Assembly (NCBI RefSeq): GCF_008065095.1
Contig: NZ_CP042911.1
Span: forward strand, 4,230,001 to 4,262,000
Source of the DNA: Gemmata obscuriglobus
GTDB taxonomy: Bacteria; Planctomycetota; Planctomycetia; Gemmatales; Gemmataceae
Direction of reading: 5' to 3'
Length of the DNA stretch: 32,000 nt
Below, piece after piece: positions 8,061 through 18,748 of the stretch. The notes below the pieces were generated by a model, which was given only the letters and a program-made list of their open reading frames with translations, ran no database searches and was not told the DNA's origin. Each line of letters opens with the position of its first letter. Position 1 is the first letter of the stretch. A program made the translations under genes and the position numbers.

Positions 8061-8735
<675 letters not shown>

Positions 8736-8754
8736 CACACTCACCGGCGCACTC

Positions 8755-11700
8755 ATGCTCAGCTTCTCCGGGTTGGTCCTTCGGAACCTCGTGTACCACG
8801 CGCGCGGGAACCTCGCCGTGCTGCTCGGGGTCGCGGTCGGGTCGGCCGTGTTCACCGGGGCGCTGCTCGTCGGCGACTCGCTCCGCGGCTCCCTCCGCGA
8901 CCGCGTCGAGCGGCAGTTGGGCGGCGTCGATTCGGTCGCATTCTTCCCGCGCCCCGTGCGCGCGGGCATCGCGGACGGAATGCCCGGGACCGTCAAACCG
9001 GTCCTCCTCGTGCCGGGGGCCGTCCAGGCGAGCGGCGACCCGGCCACCGCCCCGTACCTCGGGAAGGTCACGGTGCTCGGGATCGATCCGCGTTCGGCCC
9101 CGGTCGGCGTGTCCGAGGTGGATTGGGCCAGCGACATACGCCGAAACCGATCGACCAACACGTTCCCGCCCGTGATCCTTTCGCACCGCGTTGCGGAGAA
9201 GCTGAACGCGAAAACCGGTGACACCGTCACGTTGAGCGCGGAACGGTTCTCGGACCTGCCGCGCTCCTCCTCGCTCGCGAAGCGCAGTACCGACGATGTC
9301 ACGACGGCGGAGCAATTTACCGTCGCGGCGGTGCTGCCCCCGGAGGCACCGGAAAACGACTTCAACCTGACCCCGAACCCGGCCGCGCCGCTGAACGTGT
9401 TCGTTCCGGTGCGCACGCTCGCGCGGATGGTCACCGGGGACGCGGAGCCGGTCGCAACGGTCCTGCTGGCGAGCGGCGCGCCTCACGACGCCCTCAACGC
9501 CGCGCTCAAGGAACGTCTCCGGCCTGAAGACTACGGGCTGAAGTTCCGCGAGGTCGCCCGCCGGCTCGGGCGCGGCGGCTACCTGAGTGTCGAATCGGCG
9601 GAACTCATTCTTCCGCCAAAGGTATCAGACGCGGTACGGGCGGCGGCTCAGGCCGTCGGCGCCCGCGCCGAGCCGACGGTGGTGTACGTGGCGGACACGC
9701 TCGCCGTGGGCGACAAGCAGATCCCGTACCCGATCGTCGCGGGTCTGAACACCACCGCACCTTCGCCCCTCAGTCCGCACGAACTGGCCCCCATCCCGAC
9801 ACCGTCACTCGCCGACGACGAGGTGGAACTGCTCACGTGGCCCGGGTCCGAACTGAACAGGCTGCCGCGGGGCACGAAGGTGAAGCTCGTCTACTTCGAT
9901 CCCGAAGTCGAGGGCGAGGGGCTGAAGCGTGAGGCGGAACTGACGCTCAGCGGGTACATCCCCCTCTCCGGACCGGCGCGCGACAAAGACCTGACGCCCG
10001 AAATTAAGGGCGTGACCGACGACCGCGCGAACCTGTTCGACTGGGACCGCCCGCCGGTGCTGCCCGGCGCCGAGATCAAGCGGCGCGTGCCCGAGAAGCC
10101 GACCCCGCACCCGCGCGGCACGTTCTTCAACCAGAACAAGGCCGTGCCGATGGCCTACCTGAACCTCGCCACCGCCCGGAAGCTGTTCCGCAGCCGGTAC
10201 GGCACCGACACGTCGGTTCGAGTGGCGCCGGCGAACAACGAGCCGCTCGACAAGTTCAGCGAACGGCTTCAATCCGAGCTGCCCAAGCACCTCGACCCCG
10301 ATTCCGCGGGCCTGGTGTTCGATCCCGTGCGCGCCCGCCTTCTCACCGCGAGTAAGGGGGGCACGGACTTCGGCGGGCTGTTCCTCGGGTTCAGCCTGTT
10401 CCTCATCGCGGCGGCGCTGATGCTGGTGGGGCTACTGTTCCGGCTCTCCATCGACCGCCGGGCGAAGGAAGTGGGGCTCCTGCTCGCGACCGGGTTCGCG
10501 GTCAAGCACGTTCGGCGGTTGCTCCTGGCGGAGGGGCTACTCGTAGCGGTGCTGGGCGCCGCGCTCGGGCTTATCGCGGGGGTGGCGTACAACCGATTGC
10601 TGCTCGTGGTGCTGCTCGACTTGTGGCCCGATCAGGGCGTCAAGGCGTACTTCCAACCGCACGCCACGCCCCTCAGCTTCGCCCTCGGGTTCGGAATCAC
10701 GGTGCTGATGGCCCTCGCCGCGCAATGGTGGAGCGTTCGCGGGCTTGTTAGGATCGCGCCGCCGGCTCTCCTCCGCGGTGAAACGGCACTGCCCGCCGGC
10801 TCGACGGCCGGTATCGGGCTCGTCACGAAAATCGTCACAATCGGTGGATTGGTCGTCGGCATCGCGCTGATCGCGGCCGGCGGTACGGTCAGCAACCCCG
10901 ACTTCCGCGCGATGACGTTTTTCGGCGGCGGCGGGTTGCTCCTCACCGCGGCGCTGGCGGCTGTACGGTGGTGGATGCGCCGCACCCGACACGCGGTCGT
11001 GAACGGCCGGGGGCTGTCCGCGCTCGCTAAGCTGGGAACCCGCAACGCGGCCCGGAATCCGGCCCGCAGCCTGTTAACTGCGGCGCTGCTGGCATCGGCG
11101 GCGTTCCTGCTGGTCGCAGTCGAGAGCTTCCGCCGCACGCCCGAAAGCGACTTCCTCGACAAGAGCGGCGGGAGCGGCGGGTTCAACCTCCTGGCCGAAG
11201 CGGACGTGCCGCTGTTCCAGCCGTTCGACAGCGGGCTCGGCCGCGCCGATCTGGAGAAGCAACTCCAGAAGGCCTACGCGCCGTCGGGTACTGACCCCGA
11301 CGCACCACCGGCCACCGACGCGTATCGCACAGCGAAAGCGGACCTGAGCGCCGGTCTGGAAGAGGTGTTCCCATTGCGGCTGCGCGGCGGCGACGACGCG
11401 AGCTGCATGAACCTGTTCCAGGCGGCCCGGCCCCGTGTGCTGGGTGTGCCGGAAGCGCTGATCGCTCGCGGCGGGTTCAAGTTCTACATGACCGAAGCGG
11501 CGTCTGCCGAGGAGAAAGCGAACCCGTGGCTACTGCTCGCGAAGCCGGCACCCAACGACGCGGTCCCGGTGTTCTGCGAGAACAACACCGCGCAGTGGAT
11601 GCTCAAGAAAGCGATAGGGGACGAGTTCACGATGCCCGGCGACGACGGCGCCGAGGTGCGCTTTCGGATCGTGGGGACGCTCGTGGACAGCCCGTTCCAG

Positions 11701-12273
11701 AGCGAAGTGATTACGAGCGACGCGGCGTTCGTGAAAGCGTTCCCCAAGCAAACCGGCTACCGTGCGTTCCTGATCCGCACCCCGGCGGACAAGCAAACCG
11801 CGGTCGCGCGGGCGCTGGAAATCGGGTTCCGGGCGAACGGGCTCGCCGCAACGCCGACACGGGACAAGGTGGCGTCGTTCCAGGCGGTCATCGGCGCGTA
11901 CCTCTCGACGTTCCAATTGCTCGGCGGCTTCGGGCTACTACTCGGGGTACTGGGGCTCGCGGTGGTGGTACTGCGCGGGGTGTGGGAGCGTTTGGGTGAA
12001 CTCGCCTTATTGCGGGCCGTCGGTTACCGCACGCGGGCTCTCCAGTTCCTTGTAATCGTTGAAAACGGGCTGCTGTTGCTCGTCGGCCTGGGGGCGGGCG
12101 TGCTGACCGCGCTGGCCTCGGTCGCCCCGCACGTGCTGAGCGGGGCCGCGATCCCGTGGGTGCGCCTCGGACTGATGCTCGGGGCCGTACTGGTGGCAGG
12201 ACTGACGGTTGCGACGGTCGCAACGGCCGGGGTGCTGCGGGTGCCGGTTATCCCCGCGCTGCGGCGAGAGTGA
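8755..12273 (+). CDS. ABC transporter permease with two FtsX/MacB-type modules (1172 aa)
   Basis: N-terminal TM helix, then a large extracytoplasmic region and a cluster of TM helices (about aa 530-690). The same arrangement then repeats: TM helix, second extracytoplasmic region, and a final cluster of TM helices. Starts 19 nt after the ATPase gene. Confidence 0.85.
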   Translation: MLSFSGLVLRNLVYHARGNLAVLLGVAVGSAVFTGALLVGDSLRGSLRDRVERQLGGVDSVAFFPRPVRAGIADGMPGTVKPVLLVPGAVQASGDPATAPYLGKVTVLGIDPRSAPVGVSEVDWASDIRRNRSTNTFPPVILSHRVAEKLNAKTGDTVTLSAERFSDLPRSSSLAKRSTDDVTTAEQFTVAAVLPPEAPENDFNLTPNPAAPLNVFVPVRTLARMVTGDAEPVATVLLASGAPHDALNAALKERLRPEDYGLKFREVARRLGRGGYLSVESAELILPPKVSDAVRAAAQAVGARAEPTVVYVADTLAVGDKQIPYPIVAGLNTTAPSPLSPHELAPIPTPSLADDEVELLTWPGSELNRLPRGTKVKLVYFDPEVEGEGLKREAELTLSGYIPLSGPARDKDLTPEIKGVTDDRANLFDWDRPPVLPGAEIKRRVPEKPTPHPRGTFFNQNKAVPMAYLNLATARKLFRSRYGTDTSVRVAPANNEPLDKFSERLQSELPKHLDPDSAGLVFDPVRARLLTASKGGTDFGGLFLGFSLFLIAAALMLVGLLFRLSIDRRAKEVGLLLATGFAVKHVRRLLLAEGLLVAVLGAALGLIAGVAYNRLLLVVLLDLWPDQGVKAYFQPHATPLSFALGFGITVLMALAAQWWSVRGLVRIAPPALLRGETALPAGSTAGIGLVTKIVTIGGLVVGIALIAAGGTVSNPDFRAMTFFGGGGLLLTAALAAVRWWMRRTRHAVVNGRGLSALAKLGTRNAARNPARSLLTAALLASAAFLLVAVESFRRTPESDFLDKSGGSGGFNLLAEADVPLFQPFDSGLGRADLEKQLQKAYAPSGTDPDAPPATDAYRTAKADLSAGLEEVFPLRLRGGDDASCMNLFQAARPRVLGVPEALIARGGFKFYMTEAASAEEKANPWLLLAKPAPNDAVPVFCENNTAQWMLKKAIGDEFTMPGDDGAEVRFRIVGTLVDSPFQSEVITSDAAFVKAFPKQTGYRAFLIRTPADKQTAVARALEIGFRANGLAATPTRDKVASFQAVIGAYLSTFQLLGGFGLLLGVLGLAVVVLRGVWERLGELALLRAVGYRTRALQFLVIVENGLLLLVGLGAGVLTALASVAPHVLSGAAIPWVRLGLMLGAVLVAGLTVATVATAGVLRVPVIPALRRE

Positions 12274-12282
12274 TGGCGAGGG

Positions 12283-12328
12283 CTTCACTCCTCCCACAAC
12301 TCAGAGCTGTGGCGGAGTGAAGAGTTTT
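12283..12328 (+). terminator. Candidate intrinsic terminator of the ABC cluster
   Basis: Hairpin CTTCACTCC (12283-12291) / GGAGTGAAG (12314-12322) with additional inner pairing, followed by GAGTTTTGA. Begins 10 nt after the permease stop. Confidence 0.5.
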
Positions 12329-12330
12329 GA

Positions 12331-12357
12331 CAGGATCAACAGGATACACAGGATCAA
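12331..12357. repeat. Three tandem 9-mers CAGGATNNN (caggatcaa caggataca caggatcaa)
   Basis: Read directly from the sequence. A single-unit version (gacaggat) sits in the equivalent position at 2490-2497, beside IS1 copy A. Confidence 0.7.
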
Positions 12358-12387
12358 AGAAAGACTAAGCGAACCGCTGGCGGTGTC

Positions 12388-13290
12388 CTACTTTTGTTGC
12401 ACGACCGGGAACGCCAGCCACTCTTGCAACGACCACACGTGATCGGTGAGCCCGGCGGCCATCGCCGTGGTTCGTGCCCGATACCGGCCGCCCTCGCCTT
12501 TCACGCGCAGGGTGCGGACGGGCCAGCAGAAGTTGTCGCTGAAGTAACTGAACGCGGTGGCGGCCCGGTGCGTGCCCCGGTCCTTCGAGAACCCGTAGCT
12601 GTTCCGCACCTTGCGGCGGCACCGGTTCCGATCGGTCCCGTTGTGCCGCTCCACGAAGCACGTATTCACAACCGTGCTCACCGCCGAATCCAGCCGCGCG
12701 GCGGCCACTGCGGCCGCGGTCCCGAGCACCACCCGGGTGCTCACCGACACCACCCGGTTGTTCTCACGCGCCTTGTGCACGGTCGCATACGCGACCGCCG
12801 CCGGGAGCACCACCCGAGCCTTCCGCGGGCGCCCCGGTCGCCCGGTCCGTGGTGGGGTCACCAACTGCCCGTATGCCGCGCGGATGGCCGATTCGTACAC
12901 CGGGTACTCGCCCGTGGTGATGAGCCGCAGGAGCCGGTCCGCCGATGCGCCGGTCCGCCGATGCGCGTCCCGCACCAGCGCGTGTGTCGCCTCCTCGGTT
13001 CGCTGGCCCACCACCAGGCTCACCACCAGTCGGTGCTCCGGATCCAGGGCCACGTGGTCCCAGCAGTCCCCACGGCGCCGCTCCTCCGGGGCACCGTTCT
13101 TCTCCTCGCGGGCCACGAAGCTCCACTCCTCATCCAGTTGGAGCTCGTTGGTCCGGGGGGGAAAGGGCCACCAACTCGTCGTGGAGTTGCTGGGCCTGCT
13201 CGCCGGCCTGACGGATGTACCGGGTGACCGTGTCCCGATGTACCCCGACCAATCGGGCCGTCTTGCGGGTGCCGGATCCCTCCGCCACAT
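12388..13290 (-). CDS. IS1-family transposase orfB (DDE domain), uninterrupted in this copy
   Basis: 300-aa ORF containing LQLDEEWSFV (first catalytic Asp context) and the FVERHNGTDRN...GFSKD block. The first roughly 45 codons overlap orfA out of frame, so the native product is probably an orfA-orfB fusion rather than this ORF on its own. Confidence 0.75.
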   Translation of the reverse strand: MWRRDPAPARRPDWSGYIGTRSPGTSVRPASRPSNSTTSWWPFPPRTNELQLDEEWSFVAREEKNGAPEERRRGDCWDHVALDPEHRLVVSLVVGQRTEEATHALVRDAHRRTGASADRLLRLITTGEYPVYESAIRAAYGQLVTPPRTGRPGRPRKARVVLPAAVAYATVHKARENNRVVSVSTRVVLGTAAAVAAARLDSAVSTVVNTCFVERHNGTDRNRCRRKVRNSYGFSKDRGTHRAATAFSYFSDNFCWPVRTLRVKGEGGRYRARTTAMAAGLTDHVWSLQEWLAFPVVQQK

Positions 13291-13505
13291 GGGCCAGCAC
13301 CGCGGTCACCGTCTGGGCCGACAACCGGGTGCCGTACAAGGGCGTGCCCTTGCGCTCCGAGAACCGGGCCTTGCACGTGGAGCACCGCAGCACCCGGGTG
13401 CGGTTCGGTCCGTACCGGGCCGGCACCGTCAGGTTACCGTGCCCCCCGCTTCCCGTGGTCCGGGCAATCCGCATTCCGGCAACAGAACCGACTCAGATCG
13501 TCCAT
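13130..13505 (-). pseudogene. IS1-family transposase orfA with a 1-nt homopolymer insertion in the zinc-finger region
   Basis: Copy B has six C at 13442-13447; copy A has five at 3590-3594. This splits MDDLSRFCCRNADCPDHGKRG (track ORF 13434..13640) from HGNLTVPARYG... (track ORF 13130..13474). Confidence 0.75.
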
Positions 13506-13991
13506 GACCGATCCCAACACGCGCGAGGGAAAAGCACGACCGAACGGTGTAAACTCCTTACCACCTATTAGCAGCTGCATACAAGACGAACAGGACACCA
13601 CCGCTCTGTTGGCCGGCACCGTGATCGTTTCCGTGAACACTCCGCCGCCGCACTCGACCCCTCACGTCGTAGGTGCCGTGGGCCGTCACTGGGCTGGTCA
13701 GACAAACTCCAGTCGTTTCAAGCTGGCAATAGCCGTGACGGGATCAATCGCCGGCTCGGAACACGCCCCGGTGACACCTGTCAGCAGACGGGTGACGCAT
13801 AAACAACGAAATTGAAACGATTGGACGCAGGTTCGCTGTCAGTCGGGTTGTAGTCCGCGGCGGCCCCATGGTGGCGCTTCTCCGCCAGCGCTGCGACGCG
13901 AGTGGGGCACCATCCCTTTATCTGCGGCGGCTCTTCTCTCTGGCGCGTTCTCCCGTACCCCAAAGGGGACGCTTCGCGCCGAGGGTCCTGC

Positions 13992-15512
13992 ATGGCCACG
14001 CCGTCCCTGCCTCGCTCGTCCGGCATCCTGTTGCACCCCACGAGCCTGCCGGGGCCGTTCGGCATCGGCGATCTCGGCCCGGTCGCGTACCGCTGGGTCG
14101 AGACGCTGGCCGCGATGCGCCAGTCGTGGTGGCAGATCCTGCCGCTCGGTCCGACCGGGGCCGGCGATTCGCCGTACCAGTCGCTCTCGGCGTTCGCGGG
14201 CAGCATCAACCTGCTCAGCCCCGAACTGCTCCACCAGGAGGGCCTCGTCGGTCCGGACCTGTGGGCGAACGAGCACTTCGCCGATCACGAGATCCAGTTC
14301 GACCGGGTGACGCCGTTCAAAACCAAGCTGCTCCGCGCGGCGTGGGACGCGTTCCGCGGCGGGAAGGCCGCGCATCTGAAGGGCGATTTCGAGAACTACT
14401 GCGTCAGCGAGGCCGGGTGGCTCGACGGGTTCGCCCTGTTCGTCGCGATCCGCGAGGCGCTGGGGGGCACCGGGCTGCTCGCGTGGCCGCCGGACCTGCT
14501 GCGGCGCAACCCGGTCGCGCTGGCGGAACTCGAGAAGCAGCTCGCCAGCGAGGTGCTGCTCCACAAGTTCGGGCAGTTCCTGTTCGACAAGCAGTGGGGC
14601 GCGCTGAAGAAGTTCGCCAACGACAAGAAGATCAAGATCATCGGCGACGCGCCGATCTTCGTGGCGCTGGACTCGGCGGACGTGTGGGCGCATCCGGACG
14701 AGTTCCTGCTCGACCCCGACCGCAAGCCCACGGTCGTTGCCGGGGTGCCGCCCGACTACTTCTCCGCCGACGGGCAGCACTGGGGCAACCCGATCTACGA
14801 CTGGACCCGGATGGAGGCGACCGGCTACTCGTGGTGGTGCAACCGCGTGCTGCGCCAGTTGAAGCAGGTCGACCTGATCCGGCTCGACCACTTCCGCGGG
14901 TTCCGGCAGGCGTGGCACATACCCGCCGCCGAGCCGACGGCGCGCGTCGGGCAGTGGGTGGACGGCCCGGGGCTGAAGCTGTTCGACCGGCTGCGCACCG
15001 CCCTCGGCGGGCTGCCCCTGATCGCGGAAGACCTGGGCGTCATTACGCCGGACGTGGAAGAGCTGCGCGACCAGCTCGCGCTGCCCGGGATGCGGGTGAT
15101 CCAGTTCGCGCTGGAAGGGCCGCACAACCTGCACTGGCCTCACAACTACGTCCAGAACTGCGTGTGCTACACCGGCACGCACGACAACGACACTGTGCGG
15201 GGGTGGTTCGAGGCGCTGAGCGACCGCGACCGGCACTACCTCTCGCTCACCCTCGGGCGGCCGATCGGGGACGTGGCGTGGGACCTGATCCAGTCGGCGT
15301 GGGCGTCGGTCGCGACGGTGGCGGTGGCGCCGCTGCAAGACGTGCTGAGCCTCGGCAACGACGCGCGAATGAACAAGCCCGGCGTCGCCTCGGGGAACTG
15401 GCGGTGGCGGTTCCGGCTCGACCAGTTCCGCGGCGAGGTGATCCAACGGCTCGCCGACCTGACCACGCTCTACAACCGGGTGCCAGCCGAGCCGAAGCCC
15501 GGGACGCCGTGA
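13992..15512 (+). CDS. malQ: 4-alpha-glucanotransferase (amylomaltase, GH77)
   Basis: RSSGILLHPTSLPGPFGIGDLG, YQSLSAFAG, GDAPIFVALDSADVW, DHFRGF, IAEDLG and TGTHDNDT are GH77 hallmark blocks. The start is taken at ATG 13992 (MATPSLPRSSG); the track start at 13902 is less likely. Confidence 0.92.
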   Translation: MATPSLPRSSGILLHPTSLPGPFGIGDLGPVAYRWVETLAAMRQSWWQILPLGPTGAGDSPYQSLSAFAGSINLLSPELLHQEGLVGPDLWANEHFADHEIQFDRVTPFKTKLLRAAWDAFRGGKAAHLKGDFENYCVSEAGWLDGFALFVAIREALGGTGLLAWPPDLLRRNPVALAELEKQLASEVLLHKFGQFLFDKQWGALKKFANDKKIKIIGDAPIFVALDSADVWAHPDEFLLDPDRKPTVVAGVPPDYFSADGQHWGNPIYDWTRMEATGYSWWCNRVLRQLKQVDLIRLDHFRGFRQAWHIPAAEPTARVGQWVDGPGLKLFDRLRTALGGLPLIAEDLGVITPDVEELRDQLALPGMRVIQFALEGPHNLHWPHNYVQNCVCYTGTHDNDTVRGWFEALSDRDRHYLSLTLGRPIGDVAWDLIQSAWASVATVAVAPLQDVLSLGNDARMNKPGVASGNWRWRFRLDQFRGEVIQRLADLTTLYNRVPAEPKPGTP

Positions 15513-15622
15513 TCACGCCCCGTGGCCGCGACCGGGGAGGGAATAATACGCACGCACCGGGATCAGAGACAGGCGGGCTTCCGATCGAAGCTCAGTGCGG
15601 CAATCCGATCGCAGGTGAACAC

Positions 15623-16513
15623 ATGCTGGTACGGCGCACTCTTGCCTGGGTTGTGGTCGCGTTCGGGGCCGGCCTCGCTGGTGGCTGCGGTGTTCCGGCC
15701 AGCAAATCTCCGGCGCCAGAGGGCGCGTCCAAACAGTTACCCGAGAAACAGGCCGGTGCCGCGAAGAACGGCGCCGATGCGAACGCGGCCGCACGCGTGC
15801 CGATGATCGTCTACACGCACACACTGGATGTCGTGGTGAGCGATCTGGACGTGGCGACGGCCGAGGTGGACCGGTTGGTCGCGGAGCACAAGGGCTACGT
15901 TGTCCAGTCGGAGGTCCGCGGAGACCGCGGCCGGTGGCGCGCCGCCACGTACACGCTCCGCATCCCGGTGGCCAGCGACCGGGCGGTGCGGAACGCCGTG
16001 CTCGCCCTCGGCACCCCGGAGCGCAATGCGTCCGAGGCGCAGGACGTGACCGAGGAATTCATGGACGTGGAGAAACGGGTCAAAAACCTGAAGGAGCAGG
16101 AGGACAAGTTGAACGCGCTGCTCCTGGAGAAGCGGAAAGAGGAGAAGCTCGAAGACATCAAATCACTGATGCGAGAGATCGCTCAGATCCGCGGCGAGGT
16201 GGAGCGGGCGCAGGGCCGCCGCGAGTACCTGCTGAACCGCACCACGTTCGCAACGACGAACCTGTCGCTGCGTGAGGTCAAGGACTACACTCCCCCGACG
16301 TTCGGCACCCAGATCGGCGCGACGTTCCGGACCTCGTGGGACGCGGTCCTCAGCGCCGGTCAAAGCGTCGTGCTGTTTGCGGTAGCCCTGGTGCCGTGGG
16401 CGCCGGTTTGGGGGCCGGTGCTGGTGTTCGCGCTGTGGCAGGTCCGGCGCTGGCGGGCGGGGCGGGTGCCGAGCCCGCTCCTGCGTGCCGAACCCACCAC
16501 CCCGGCGGGCTGA
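15623..16513 (+). CDS. DUF4349-like lipoprotein
   Basis: Signal peptide with lipobox LAGGCG. Central charged coiled-coil region (EKRVKNLKEQEDKLNALLLEKRKEEKLEDIK). Two C-terminal hydrophobic helices. Only the last 296 codons of the 881-aa track ORF are credible; the rest overlaps malQ out of frame. Confidence 0.7.
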   Translation: MLVRRTLAWVVVAFGAGLAGGCGVPASKSPAPEGASKQLPEKQAGAAKNGADANAAARVPMIVYTHTLDVVVSDLDVATAEVDRLVAEHKGYVVQSEVRGDRGRWRAATYTLRIPVASDRAVRNAVLALGTPERNASEAQDVTEEFMDVEKRVKNLKEQEDKLNALLLEKRKEEKLEDIKSLMREIAQIRGEVERAQGRREYLLNRTTFATTNLSLREVKDYTPPTFGTQIGATFRTSWDAVLSAGQSVVLFAVALVPWAPVWGPVLVFALWQVRRWRAGRVPSPLLRAEPTTPAG

Positions 16514-16515
16514 AG

Positions 16516-16725
16516 TCAGGAGCCGTACTCGTCCTTCCACTCCTCGTACCACGCCATCTGGATGGCTTCGAGGAGCTTCTCGTTCGATTCGTGCGCCTTG
16601 CCGGCGAAGCCCTCAAGGTTGAGGACGTGCTTGTGCAGGTCGGTGAACCGGACCGTCAGCGGGTTGATGGTGTCGAACTGGTCGAACAGCGCTTCGCCGA
16701 TCTCGCGCGCGTCGTGCCACGTCAT
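16516..16725 (-). CDS. iscX: Fe-S cluster assembly protein IscX
   Basis: 69 aa. WHDAREIGEALFDQFDTINPLTVRFTDLH...SNEKLLEAIQMAWYEEW closely parallels E. coli IscX (W.DSREIGEALYD...VRFTD...SNEKILEAI). Immediately downstream of hscA. Confidence 0.88.
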   Translation of the reverse strand: MTWHDAREIGEALFDQFDTINPLTVRFTDLHKHVLNLEGFAGKAHESNEKLLEAIQMAWYEEWKDEYGS

Positions 16726-16761
16726 GGGTCGATCCTGCCGATATTTCGTTGAACGGGAGGG

Positions 16762-18612
16762 TTACAGCGTGTCCGGGTCGAGGGCGTCCGGGTTCTCGCC
16801 GCCGAGGCCCCGCCGGAGCACGTCGTTCATCACCAAGAGCGCGAGCGGGTTGGTGGCTGTTCCGAACGCGTCGATCGCGCGCTGCAGAACCGCCAAGTCC
16901 GACCCGTTCATCGCGCTTTGAAGCGCAGTGCCCGCGGCGGCGATCGCCGCACGCTGCTCCGCCGACAGTCGGGCGCCGGCCTGCGCGAGCCCCTTTTCCG
17001 TGTGCTTCAGGTCGTTAGCGCCTTTGTTCCGCAGCTCGATCAGCCGCCGGGCGGTGAAATCGTCCTGGGCGTTCACGATGCTCTCGTTCACGAGCCGGTC
17101 CACGTCGTCGGTCGACAGCCCGTGTGCCGCCTGCACCGTCACGTGTGCTTGCGCGCCGCTCCGCAGTTCCCGAGCGGTGACGGCGAGGATGCCGTCCTGG
17201 TTCACGCGGAACGTCACCTCGACCTGCGCGAACTGCGCCGGCATCGGCGGGATGCCGGACAGCTTGAACGTGCCCAGGAACCGGCAGTCCTTCGTCAGCT
17301 CACGCTCGCCCTGGTAAATGTTAATCAGGATGGCGGTCTGGTTGTCGGCGCCGGTGGTGTACCGGGTGGTCGCGGTCGCGGGCACGGTGCTGTTGCGGTG
17401 GATCAGCTTATCGACCACGCCGCCGAGCGTTTCGATGCCGAGCGACAGCGGCACCACGTCGAGCAACAGCAGGTCGCGGCGCCCGCTCGTGAGGATGTCG
17501 GCTTGCACGGCCGCGCCGAGGGCGACGACTTCGTCGGGGTTCAGCCCGGTGTGCGGGGTCTTCGCGAAGAACTCGCCGACCCGTTTTCGCACGTAAGGGA
17601 TGCGCGTCGAACCGCCGACCAGCACCACTTCGTCCACCTGGGCCGGTTTCAGTTGGGCGTCGCGGAGGGCGGCCTTGCAGCGGTCCAGGGAGCGATCGAC
17701 GAGCGGGCGGATCAGTTCCTCGAACTCGGCGCGCGTGACCGTTCGCGCGTACGCCAGGGCAGGGCGGGGGCCGTTCGCAGGTACGTTCAGCTTCAGGTCC
17801 GCTGATTCTGCCGTGCTGAGGGCGATTTTCGTGCGCTCGGCGGCGTCGCGCAGGTGCTGGAGCAGCTCCGCGTCCCTGGTCGCAAGATCCGTCCCCGACT
17901 CGCGGGCCGCGAGCTGCATCAGAAGTCGGTCGAAGTCGTCGCCGCCCAGGTAGGTGTCGCCGTTGGTGGCCAGCACCTTGAACACGCCGTCGGCGAGCGA
18001 CAGCACGGAGCAGTCGAAGGTGCCGCCGCCCAGGTCGTACACCGCGATCACCCCCGAGCCGCGGCGGTCGAGGCCGTAGGCCAGCGCCGCGGCGGTCGGC
18101 TCGTTGACGATGCGGAGCACGTCCAGCCCGGCGATCCGGCCGGCGTCGCGGGTCGCCTGGCGCTGGGAGTCGTCGAAGTACGCCGGCACGGTGATGACCG
18201 CTTTGGTCGGGTTGCCGGCCCGCCTGCGCACCTCTTTGAGGATCAACGCCGACAGCTCTTCGGGCGTGTGCTCCCGCCCGCCGATGTCCACCCGGAGCAC
18301 CTTCCGGCCGTCGGCTGTGTCGCGCTCGACCACCTGGTGCGGGATCAGCTCCAGCTCGTTCTTGAGGTCGGCGAGGGTGCGGCCCATGAGCCGCTTGATG
18401 CTGAAGATGGTGTGCTGCGGGTCGGCGAGGGCGCGCTCCTTCGCCGCACTCCCGACGAGGACCGTGCCGTCCTCGTGGAACGAGATGCAACTGGGCACCA
18501 GCGCGGCGCCCGCGCGGTCGCGCACGACGACGGGGCGGCCGTTCTCGACGTACGCCGCGAGGCTGTAAGTAGTGCCCAGATCGATGCCGACAACGGACGG
18601 GGTGCTGCTCAT
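16762..18612 (-). CDS. hscA: Fe-S protein assembly chaperone HscA (Hsp70 family)
   Basis: [12 protein letters not shown] and DLGGGTFD. Hsp70 ATPase and substrate-binding architecture, 616 aa, ATG start, paired with iscX. Confidence 0.9.
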   Translation of the reverse strand: MSSTPSVVGIDLGTTYSLAAYVENGRPVVVRDRAGAALVPSCISFHEDGTVLVGSAAKERALADPQHTIFSIKRLMGRTLADLKNELELIPHQVVERDTADGRKVLRVDIGGREHTPEELSALILKEVRRRAGNPTKAVITVPAYFDDSQRQATRDAGRIAGLDVLRIVNEPTAAALAYGLDRRGSGVIAVYDLGGGTFDCSVLSLADGVFKVLATNGDTYLGGDDFDRLLMQLAARESGTDLATRDAELLQHLRDAAERTKIALSTAESADLKLNVPANGPRPALAYARTVTRAEFEELIRPLVDRSLDRCKAALRDAQLKPAQVDEVVLVGGSTRIPYVRKRVGEFFAKTPHTGLNPDEVVALGAAVQADILTSGRRDLLLLDVVPLSLGIETLGGVVDKLIHRNSTVPATATTRYTTGADNQTAILINIYQGERELTKDCRFLGTFKLSGIPPMPAQFAQVEVTFRVNQDGILAVTARELRSGAQAHVTVQAAHGLSTDDVDRLVNESIVNAQDDFTARRLIELRNKGANDLKHTEKGLAQAGARLSAEQRAAIAAAGTALQSAMNGSDLAVLQRAIDAFGTATNPLALLVMNDVLRRGLGGENPDALDPDTL

Positions 18613-18748
18613 GGTGTCGCGGCGCTGGCCGGTTGGATCTCGAAGTACCGTGGGCGCGGAAGAAAACGCTGACAGCCAGGAAGAACTCAGCCGAGACCTG
18701 GCTATCAGCGCACGTCGTGTCGAAGGCTACGAATGTGACAGTTCAGAG

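Larger units (their letters stand above)
12379..13602 (-). mobile_element. IS1-family insertion sequence, copy B (orfB intact, orfA frameshifted)
   Basis: Ends GGCGGTGTCCT (12379-12389, one mismatch to copy A) and AGGACACCACC (13592-13602). The core aligns to copy A at an offset of 9860 nt, with only three substitutions seen by eye between 2571 and about 3520, apart from the repeat tract. Confidence 0.85.

Noticed and set aside
13868-15622. First 585 codons of the 881-aa track ORF 13868..16513
   Set aside because: Out of frame with the well-supported malQ gene, and Arg/Gly/Pro-rich. Only the portion from the ATG at 15623 has a signal peptide, a lipobox and sensible composition.
16511-16518. 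Looked for a bidirectional terminator between the convergent DUF4349 and iscX genes
   Set aside because: The two stop codons are only 2 nt apart, so there is no room for an intergenic hairpin. Any termination signal would have to lie inside coding sequence, and I saw none.
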